This document shows, in pieces, positions 17,044 through 24,629 of a stretch of DNA of 29,985 bases. Under the pieces are notes generated by a model. It saw nothing but the letters and a program-made list of their open reading frames with translations. It did not search any database and was not told the DNA's origin. Source of the stretch: an uncultured Acidobacteriota bacterium. Its GTDB lineage: Bacteria > Acidobacteriota > Polarisedimenticolia > J045. Both the position numbers and the translations under genes were made by a program. How positions within the stretch are numbered: the stretch's first letter is position 1; every line of letters begins with the position of its first letter. Location: contig CAVPCQ010000007.1 in the NCBI GenBank assembly GCA_963702425.1, forward strand, positions 1-29,985, given 5' to 3'.

Positions 17044-17757
17044 ATGTCGGACATCGCGTTCTTCACCCGCATCGCGAACCTCTTCAAGGGGTTCCTTTCG
17101 ATCTTCATCTCCGACATCGAGAAAGAGCACCCGGAGATCGCCTACGAAAACGCCATCAACTCGATGGTCGGGAAGTACTCGAAACTGAAGGCGGCGACGG
17201 CGGCGATCATCCGCCGGCGCGAGGACATCGACGAGCGCCTGAAGCGGGCGACGACGGATCTGGCGCAGACCGACGCAGAACTCAACGCGGCGATCGCGAC
17301 CGGCCAGGACGACCTGGCGCTGATCCTGATCCAGAAGAAGAACCAGCTCGCGTCCCAGGCCGTCGAACTGCAAGGCGACATGGAGACCGCGCGCAAGGAC
17401 GCGGACGACGCCAAGTCGTCGATCCTGCAGGTGCAGTCGGAGATCAAGAAGTTGAAGGCCGAGCGCGACGTGATGCTGGCGCGGATGCAGTCGGCGCAGG
17501 CGCGGATCAAGATCCAGGAGCAGCTCGAGGGGCTGTCGGTCGACGCCGAGGTGAAGGCGCTGGACAACGTGCGCGAGCACATCAAGAACACGATCGCTCA
17601 GGCGAATCTCGGGAGGGAGCTGGCCGACACGTCGCTCGATTCGCGGCTCGAGGCACTCAAGACCCAGGCCGGGGACGTGCAGGCCAAGCAGCAACTGGCC
17701 GAACTGAAGGCCAAGTACGCCGCGCAGCAGGCGTCGCAGGGCCAGAAGTCGATGTGA
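17044..17757 (+). CDS. PspA/IM30 (bacterial ESCRT-III superfamily) protein
   Basis: 237 aa with an amphipathic N-terminal helix (FFTRIANLFKGFL), 'EKEHPE', a long helical hairpin with 'GQDDLA', and C-terminal 'LDSRLEALK...AKQQLAELKAK'. AAGGAG RBS. Confidence 0.85.
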   Translation: MSDIAFFTRIANLFKGFLSIFISDIEKEHPEIAYENAINSMVGKYSKLKAATAAIIRRREDIDERLKRATTDLAQTDAELNAAIATGQDDLALILIQKKNQLASQAVELQGDMETARKDADDAKSSILQVQSEIKKLKAERDVMLARMQSAQARIKIQEQLEGLSVDAEVKALDNVREHIKNTIAQANLGRELADTSLDSRLEALKTQAGDVQAKQQLAELKAKYAAQQASQGQKSM

Positions 17758-17860
17758 CGGGCGTCCCGAATGTACCCGGTGCGGCTGAGTTGACGGGCAG
17801 GACTGATCGGGCGGGCACGGTCGATCAGACGAGGGTCACGGCGGTCGAAGGAGACTTCGC

Positions 17861-19486
17861 ATGAAACTCACTGGCGTCGGCAAAGGGTTCGTCACGCTCG
17901 TCATCCTCGGAGTCCTCGGATTCGCGGTCTGGCACTACAAGGGCGACGCCATCCGCAACTGGGTCGGCGCCGACCGGACCGCCAAGGCCGAGCCGGTCAC
18001 CAAGGGTGACTTCGAGTCGCTCAGGAACGCGCCGGCCGACCCCGACCGCCGCACGGGCGGAGCCGGCGTGGCCGGCGCGGTGCTGGCCAGTTCCGGCAAG
18101 CTCACCCGCCCGCTGGTGGTGGCGATCAACACCTGGGCCGGTCACGCGCCGGGCATCGTCTTCAACGGCGGGATGGATCCGAACCCGGCCTCGAACTACA
18201 GGCAGCGCTACGGCCTCGACGTGAAGTTCGTCCTGCTCGAGGATCCGGCGGCCAAGCTGGCGGCGTTCCGCAAGGGCGATGTCGACATCATGTGGGACAC
18301 CGTCGACAACTGGGCCCGCGAGGCGTCGATCCTCGCCGAGCAGTCGCTGAAGGCGAAGTCGTTCATGATGCAGGACTGGTCGCGCGGCGGCGACGGCATC
18401 GTCTCGCTCGCGGCGATCAAGTCGATCGAAGACCTCAAGGGCAGGAAGATCGCCTGCACGCAGTTCACGCCGTCGCACTTCCTGTTGCTCTACCTGCTCT
18501 CGCAGTCCGGCCTGTCGCCGGAGGACCGCGCCGTGGTGGAGAAGAACATCATCTTCACGCAGGACGCTCCAGCCGCCGCCGCGATGTTCATGGCCAAGCA
18601 GGTCGATGCGGCGGTGACGTGGGAACCCGACCTCTCTGCCGCCGTCACCGCCCGCGGAGACGAAGCGCACGTGCTGGTCTCGACGACCGCGGCGACGAAC
18701 ATCATCGCCGACACGCTCGTCGCGCGGCAGGATCTCATCGACCGGGCGCCCGACACCGTTCGGGACTTCGTCCACGGCTGGTTCGAGGGGATCGAGATGA
18801 TCAGGAACGACCCTGCCACGTCAAACGCCGTCGTCGGGAGAGCGCTCAAGCTGGACGACGAGACCGTCTCGGGGATGCTCTCCGGGCTCAAGCTGACGCC
18901 ATTCGCCGACAACGCGCAGTTCTACGGTCTGACCGGCGGCAAGGGCCACTACGAGACGCTCTTCAACACCGCCTTCGTGATCTGGCGCAAGAAGGGACTG
19001 GTGACCAAGCCGGTCGAGGCCCGCGAGTGGGCCGATGCGCGCTTCCTCTCGAGCCTCGCCGCGAGCTACGGCGCGCAGCGGGTCGAAGAGCCGACGCTCG
19101 CCGCGAAGGCGCCGTCGGCGCAGGACCGCGCGATCATCAACAAGCAGATCCAGATCCACTTCACGCCCGGTTCGGACGAGATCATGGCCGGCTCGTTCAT
19201 CGTGCTCGACGCGCTCGGTGAGACGATGACCTCGTTCGGCAACACCTACCTGCGCGTCGAGGGGAACACCGACTCGACGGGCAGCGCGAACGCCAACATG
19301 TCGCTCTCCGAGCGCAGGGCGCTCGCCGTGAAGAACTACATCGTGCGCAACTTCCCGAACATCGCCGCCGTGCGCTTCCAGACGATCGGCCGCGGGCAGG
19401 CGAACCCGGTCGCCGACAACAGCACCGAAGCCGGCCGCCAGCTCAACCGCCGGACCGACATCAAGGTCGTCCTGGCGACGGACTGA
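17861..19486 (+). CDS. NMT1/SsuA-type ABC substrate-binding protein fused to a C-terminal OmpA-like peptidoglycan-binding domain
   Basis: N-terminal TM anchor, SBP motifs (INTWAGH, DWSRGGDGIV, IEDLKGRKIA, VDAAVTWEP) and OmpA_C (IHFTPGS, VEGNTDSTGS..ANMSLSERRA, GRQLNRRTDI). Confidence 0.9.
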   Translation: MKLTGVGKGFVTLVILGVLGFAVWHYKGDAIRNWVGADRTAKAEPVTKGDFESLRNAPADPDRRTGGAGVAGAVLASSGKLTRPLVVAINTWAGHAPGIVFNGGMDPNPASNYRQRYGLDVKFVLLEDPAAKLAAFRKGDVDIMWDTVDNWAREASILAEQSLKAKSFMMQDWSRGGDGIVSLAAIKSIEDLKGRKIACTQFTPSHFLLLYLLSQSGLSPEDRAVVEKNIIFTQDAPAAAAMFMAKQVDAAVTWEPDLSAAVTARGDEAHVLVSTTAATNIIADTLVARQDLIDRAPDTVRDFVHGWFEGIEMIRNDPATSNAVVGRALKLDDETVSGMLSGLKLTPFADNAQFYGLTGGKGHYETLFNTAFVIWRKKGLVTKPVEAREWADARFLSSLAASYGAQRVEEPTLAAKAPSAQDRAIINKQIQIHFTPGSDEIMAGSFIVLDALGETMTSFGNTYLRVEGNTDSTGSANANMSLSERRALAVKNYIVRNFPNIAAVRFQTIGRGQANPVADNSTEAGRQLNRRTDIKVVLATD

Positions 19487-19492
19487 CCCGGC

Positions 19493-20335
19493 ATGGGCCC
19501 GGAGGCGAAGGAAAGCGGAAAGAAGGCGGAGGGCGGCGGGCGCAAGCCGGATTACTTTGCGCTGCGCGCCCCGCTGCCGAAGGCGCTGTCGCTGTGGCTC
19601 GGCCTCGTCGCCCCGGGCGTGGTGCTGCTGGCTTGGTGCATCGCCACCTACGGTCACCTCGCCCCGCCCGATTTCCTCCCGTCTCCCACCGAAGTCGTGC
19701 GGGGCACGCTGCAGCTCTTCATGCAGCACGAGCTGGGAAGCGCGATCCTGATCTCGACGAAGCGGATCGCGCTCTCGTTCTTCCTCGCGGCGGCGCTGGC
19801 GCTCCCGCTCGGTATCCTGATGGGCGCCTTCGAGCCCTTCAACCGGGTCTTCGAGCCGATCATGGCGCCGCTGCGCTACATGCCGATCTCGGCGTTCATC
19901 CCGCTGCTCATCCTGTGGTTCGGCATCTACGAGAAGCAGAAGATCGCCTTCCTCTTCCTCGGCGTCTTCGTCTACCTGCTGCCGGTCGTGGTGACCGCGA
20001 TCCGCGCCGTGCCGGAAGAACTCGTGCAGACCGCGCTGACCCTCGGCGCCACGAAGGCCCAGGCCGTCCGCACGGTGCTCGTTCCCGCCGCCCTGCCGGA
20101 GATCTTCGACTCGTTCCGGGTGATGAACGCGATCTCGTGGACCTACGTGATCCTGGCCGAGGCCGTCAACCCCGAGCGCGGGCTCGGCTACATGGTCGAG
20201 CTCGCGCGCACGCACCAGAAAGCCTCGTGGTCGTTCGCCGGCCTGCTGGTGATCGGCGGCATCGGCCTCTTCACCGACTTCCTGATCCGCAGCGCCTCGA
20301 AGATCCTCTTCCGCTGGCGGGAAACGACGGTATGA
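19493..20335 (+). CDS. ABC transporter permease (SsuC/TauC/NitT family)
   Basis: Multiple TM helices, 'FLPSPTEV', 'LRYMPISAFIPL', EAA-like loop 'ELVQTALTLGAT' and 'GLGY'. Confidence 0.92.
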   Translation: MGPEAKESGKKAEGGGRKPDYFALRAPLPKALSLWLGLVAPGVVLLAWCIATYGHLAPPDFLPSPTEVVRGTLQLFMQHELGSAILISTKRIALSFFLAAALALPLGILMGAFEPFNRVFEPIMAPLRYMPISAFIPLLILWFGIYEKQKIAFLFLGVFVYLLPVVVTAIRAVPEELVQTALTLGATKAQAVRTVLVPAALPEIFDSFRVMNAISWTYVILAEAVNPERGLGYMVELARTHQKASWSFAGLLVIGGIGLFTDFLIRSASKILFRWRETTV

Positions 20336-21135
20336 GCGACGCGACGACCCCGGCGACCGCGCCGCCGAAGCTCTCGCTCCAGGATCTCGGCGTGACCTAT
20401 CTCACGCGCGACGGCGCGGCGACGGAAGCGGTGCGCGGCGTCTCGCTCGATGTCCGCGACAAGCCGGGCAGCGGCGAGATCATCGTCTTCCTCGGGCCGT
20501 CGGGCTGCGGCAAGTCGACGATCCTCAAGGCCGTGGCAGGACTGATCCCGCCGACCCGCGGACAGGTCCTCGCCGGCGGCAAGCCGGTCACCGGCGTCGG
20601 GCGCGACCGCGGAATGGTCTTCCAGGCCTACACCTCGTTCGGGTGGCTGACCGTGCGCGAGAACGTCGAGTACGGCCTCAAGCTGCAGGGGGTGGCGCCG
20701 GACGAGCGCCGGCAACGGTCGAAGAAGTACATCGAGGAGGTCGGCCTGTCCGACTTCGCCGACCACTATCCGAAGGACCTGTCGGGCGGCATGAAGCAGC
20801 GCGTGGCGATCGCGCGCACGCTGATCAACCGGCCGGACGTGGTGCTGATGGACGAGCCGTTCGGGGCGCTCGACCCGCAGACGCGCTGGGGGATGCAGAG
20901 CCTGCTGCTCGACGTCTCGCGCGCCGAGGACAACACGATCCTCTTCGTCACGCACGACGTCTCCGAGGCGGTCTACCTCGCCGACACGGTCTACGTCCTC
21001 TCGGCCCGCCCGGCGCAGATCCGGGACCGCGTCGACGTGCCGTACTTCGCGGAGCGCAACATCGCGCTCAAGTCCGCGGCGGAGTTCCGCGCGGTCGAGA
21101 AGACGCTGCTCGACATGCTCTACCGAGGGGCCTGA
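20332..21135 (+). CDS. ABC transporter ATP-binding protein (SsuB/TauB/NitT family)
   Basis: GPSGCGKST, LSGGMKQRVAIAR, LMDEPFGALD and VTHD. ATG 20332 overlaps the permease stop (ATGA). Confidence 0.95.
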   Translation: MSDATTPATAPPKLSLQDLGVTYLTRDGAATEAVRGVSLDVRDKPGSGEIIVFLGPSGCGKSTILKAVAGLIPPTRGQVLAGGKPVTGVGRDRGMVFQAYTSFGWLTVRENVEYGLKLQGVAPDERRQRSKKYIEEVGLSDFADHYPKDLSGGMKQRVAIARTLINRPDVVLMDEPFGALDPQTRWGMQSLLLDVSRAEDNTILFVTHDVSEAVYLADTVYVLSARPAQIRDRVDVPYFAERNIALKSAAEFRAVEKTLLDMLYRGA

Positions 21136-21137
21136 CC

Positions 21138-22100
21138 GTGGGTTCCTCGCTCCCGCCGAAGGGACCGCCGAAGGCGCAGACCGCGTCGCGGCCGCCGCCG
21201 CGGAGCAGTACCGTGACGCCGCCCCGAACCGCCGCCTCCACGGCGCCGGCGAAGACCGCCACCACGCCCCCCCTCACCCGCGACAACGCGACCCCGGCGA
21301 CGGTCACGCGCGCCTACCTCGAGCGGCGCCCCTATCTGAGGATGGCCTTCGCGAACCCGTACAATCTCTCGCTGCTGTTCGGCACGCTGTCCATCTCCGC
21401 AATGACCTCGGAGCCGTTGCTGGCGCTCGCCGCGCTCTCGGTCGAGGCGCTCTGGCTGCTCTTCGGGCCGGAATCGAAGCTGCTGCAGCGGGTCCTGTGG
21501 GACCCGGCCCTCGAGCGCTCGCGCCGCGAGATCGAAGCGAAGGCCCGTGCGGCGCTCCTCGGCGCGCTGAACCCCGGCGAGCGGCAGCGGGTCGACGCGC
21601 TGGTCGAACGGCAGGAGCAGATCCGCAGCCTCGCCGCGCAGAACCCCTCCTTTACCGGCGACCTGTTGCGCACGGAGCTGTCCAAGACGAACCGACTCGT
21701 CGACGCCTTCGTCGAGATGGCGCTCAACTGCGCGCGGTACGAGCGGTATCTCGACTCGATCGATCCCGCGGAGCTGGAGCGGGACCGCTACCGCTACGGC
21801 GAAGCGGTACGGACCGGCCAGCTCGACGATCAGCAGCTCCAGATCGCGCGGAAGAACTTCGAGATCGTCACCAAGCGGCTCGAGCGGATGGCGGAGATCC
21901 GGCGCTACCTCGAGGTGGCGAGGGCGCAGCTCGACCTGATCGAGAACTCGTTCCAGCTGATCGCCGACCAGATCGTCACGATGCAGTCCCCCAAGGAACT
22001 CTCCGGCCAGCTCGACGAGCTGCTCGACGGCGTCGAGGCGATCCGCGAGACCGTCCGCGACACCGAGCAGATCCTCGACACGATCGACAAGGAGCTGTGA
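21138..22100 (+). CDS. Hypothetical membrane-anchored coiled-coil protein (about 320 aa)
   Basis: GTG 2 nt after the ABC ATPase stop. Pro/Thr-rich N-terminus, two short hydrophobic helices ([13 protein letters not shown]; [17 protein letters not shown]), then a long helical region ending '[16 protein letters not shown]'. Confidence 0.8.
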   Translation: MGSSLPPKGPPKAQTASRPPPRSSTVTPPRTAASTAPAKTATTPPLTRDNATPATVTRAYLERRPYLRMAFANPYNLSLLFGTLSISAMTSEPLLALAALSVEALWLLFGPESKLLQRVLWDPALERSRREIEAKARAALLGALNPGERQRVDALVERQEQIRSLAAQNPSFTGDLLRTELSKTNRLVDAFVEMALNCARYERYLDSIDPAELERDRYRYGEAVRTGQLDDQQLQIARKNFEIVTKRLERMAEIRRYLEVARAQLDLIENSFQLIADQIVTMQSPKELSGQLDELLDGVEAIRETVRDTEQILDTIDKEL

Positions 22101-22102
22101 CC

Positions 22103-23957
22103 ATGGCCAGCGCTCGCCTTCTCCCGGCCTGGGCGGAGGAGCTTCGGCGGCGCTACCTGCGCAACGAAGCCTCCCTCTTCGTCCTCCACGGCAACGTCTA
22201 CGACGCGGTGGTCCACGAGGGCCGGCTCTGGTCGCTCACCGATTTCCTCACCGGGGTCCTGCTGCGCGAGACCAAGGAGACGATCGCGGTCTACAACCTC
22301 GCGACCGGCGTGCGCTTCGCGAAACGCGCCCGCGTTCTCCCGGAGGTGGGAGAGCTGCTCGCCGCCGGAGGCCGTGACAGGGCCCTGCTCGCGCTCGAGC
22401 AGCTGGTGACCGCCGGCACGAAAACGGCGGCGATCCTCGAGTACGCGGAGACGCTCGCGCCGGCGGGGGACGCGTCGTTTCAGGCCGATGCCGACCGCGC
22501 ATCGATGATCACGCTGCATCGCTGGTCGTTCCTCCCCGAGATCGAGCGCGGGGACAACGTCGTGCTGCTCATCACCGAGAACCTGACCGAGCTGTCTCCG
22601 AAACTCGTCTCGAATCCGAAGGTCGGCGTCGTCGACATCCCGATGCCGGATCTCGAAGCGCGGCGGGCGACGGTCCGAATCGCGGACCCGACGCTGGCCG
22701 GCCCGGACGTCGATCGCTACGCGGAATTGACCGCCGGGCTCAAGGCGATCCAGATCGCGTCGATTCTCACGCCGCCCCCTGCCTCCGAGGAGGAGCGTGC
22801 GGACCGCGAGGCGTTCATCGCGACGCTGCTCGGCGGCGGATCGGATGTCGCCGAGCGGGCGAAGAAGCTCGCCACGCTGACCGCGGGGATGGTCGCGCGA
22901 CGAGATCCGCAGGCTCATCGCCCCCGAGGCCGGCGTCCCCGCGGTGGCGCCGGTCGACGCCGCGGAACGCGCGCGGCGCGATGCGGACCGGCTGATCGCT
23001 GCGCGCAAGCGCGACATCATCGAGCGCGAGTGCTTCGGCCTGGTCGAGTTCGTCACGCCGGAACACGGTTTCGAGGTCGTCGGCGGGATGGAGGCGGTGA
23101 AGGAGGACCTGCGGGTCATCGCCGACAACATCCGCGAAGGACGCCGCAGCCGCGTGCCGATGGGCATCCTGTTCACAGGGCCGATGGGGACGGGGAAGAC
23201 CTTCGTCGCCGAGGCTTTCGCGAAGGAATGCGGGCTCACCACGATCAAGTTGAAGAACTTCCGCTCGAAGTGGGTGGGAGCGACCGAAGGCAATCTCGAG
23301 AAGATCCTGAGCGTCATCAAGGCGATCGGGCAGGTCGTCGTGATCGTCGACGAGGGCGACCGGGCGTTCGGCAACACCGGCGAGGAGGACGGTGGCACCA
23401 CCTCCCGAGTGATCGCCCGCATCAAGGAGTTCATGTCCGACACCTCGAACCGCGGGCGGATCCTGTTCCTCGTGATGACCAACCGCCCCGACCGGCTCGA
23501 CCTCGACCTCAAGCGCGCCGGGCGCCTCGATCGCAAGATCCCCTTCCTGTACTCGCAGACGCCGGAGGAGGTCGAGCGGGTCGCCCTCGCCCAGTTCCGG
23601 AAGAACCGCGTCAGGACGAGCCCCGACCCGCTCGACCTCGTCCCGCTGCGCGACCGCTTTTCCGCGAAGCTCGTCGGTTACAGCAACGCCGATGTCGAGG
23701 CCGTGGTGCTGATGGCCAACGACGACGCCGCGCGCCAGGCGGGCGGCGACGCGCCCGTCACGGCGGAGCACCTCGTGGCGGCGGCGGCGGACTACTTCCC
23801 GAGCCGCGACGTCGAGCTGCTCGAGTACATGGAGCTGCTCGCGGTCTTCGAAGCCTCGAGCCGGCGTCTCCTGCCGGCGAAGTACGCGTCGCTGACGCCC
23901 GAGGAGCTGGACGCGCGGATCAGGCTGCTGCGCGCGACCGTCGGCACCCGGCGCTGA
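22103..23957 (+). CDS. AAA+ ATPase (degenerate N-terminal AAA module plus active classical AAA domain); +1 frameshift near 22892
   Basis: AAGGAG RBS and ATG 22103. Removing one G from 'atggtcgcgc' (22889-22898) joins the two frames as ...[11 protein letters not shown]... (617 aa). Motifs [20 protein letters not shown] and [16 protein letters not shown]. Confidence 0.88.
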
Positions 23958-23964
23958 GGCCGTG

Positions 23965-24070
23965 GCAGCACGGTGGCCGCCCACAGGTGCCGCTCGAACG
24001 CGAGGTGCACCAACTCCATGCGTCCTTGCGCCTCGACGATGAACAGCCGTCCCATGCGCGAGCTGGTCAC
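23965..24070 (-). pseudogene. Truncated HEPN-domain toxin (first ~34 codons)
   Basis: GTG 24070 overlaps the MNT stop (GTGA). It reads MTSSRMGRLFIVEAQGRMELVHLAFERHLWAATV, like HEPN helices 1-2, then runs into the convergent AAA gene. No Rx4-6H motif region remains. Confidence 0.6.
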
Positions 24071-24594
24071 AGCTCCACCACCTCGCCGAAACGAAAGTCG
24101 GGCTTCAGGTCCCAGTACCAGCTTCCGTCCGCGAGAAACACGCGACGACTCCCCAGCGCATGCATCCTCGCTCTCAGCTCCGACAGGACCGATTCGAAGA
24201 ACCCGCCACGGTCGAGGAGTGCGACGCCGTCCTCGACGAGATCGAGATACAAGGGGCTGTGCGTCCGGGCTTCGGCGGGCGACTTCGTGACGAGGTTCCA
24301 CGTGACTGAGGGAAGTCCCGCGGCGGATCGCACGCGATCCCATTCCTCGAGGAAGGGGCGTCGACGATCGCGCAGGCTTCGTGGCAGGTCCTCGGCGATC
24401 ACGAGGAGGTCGATGTCCGACGACGGCCCCGCTGCGGCGCGGGCGACGGATCCAAACAGGACGAGGGAGACCAGCCGCTCTCCGAACCGGGAGTTCCACG
24501 CCTCGGTTGCCGCCGCGAGCACCGAGCGGAAGGGCTCCGAAAGTCCCTCGGGGATTTGCGGCTTGGCTACCGGGGCTGCGTCCACGGACGCCAT
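24067..24594 (-). CDS. Minimal nucleotidyltransferase (MNT) antitoxin
   Basis: 'LVSLVLFGSVARAAAGPSSDIDLLVI' (GS-x10-DxD) and C-terminal 'SPLYLDLVEDG...WYWDLKPD'. Start ATG 24594 (175 aa). Confidence 0.88.
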   Translation of the reverse strand: MASVDAAPVAKPQIPEGLSEPFRSVLAAATEAWNSRFGERLVSLVLFGSVARAAAGPSSDIDLLVIAEDLPRSLRDRRRPFLEEWDRVRSAAGLPSVTWNLVTKSPAEARTHSPLYLDLVEDGVALLDRGGFFESVLSELRARMHALGSRRVFLADGSWYWDLKPDFRFGEVVEL

Positions 24595-24629
24595 TGTAGG
24601 GCTCCGTGTGCTCCGCTTACAAGCTGCGC

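Noticed and set aside
23959-23977. Hairpin CCGTG-GCAG-CACGG after the AAA stop as a terminator
   Set aside because: Stem of only 5-6 bp with no U-tract; expected by chance at this GC content.
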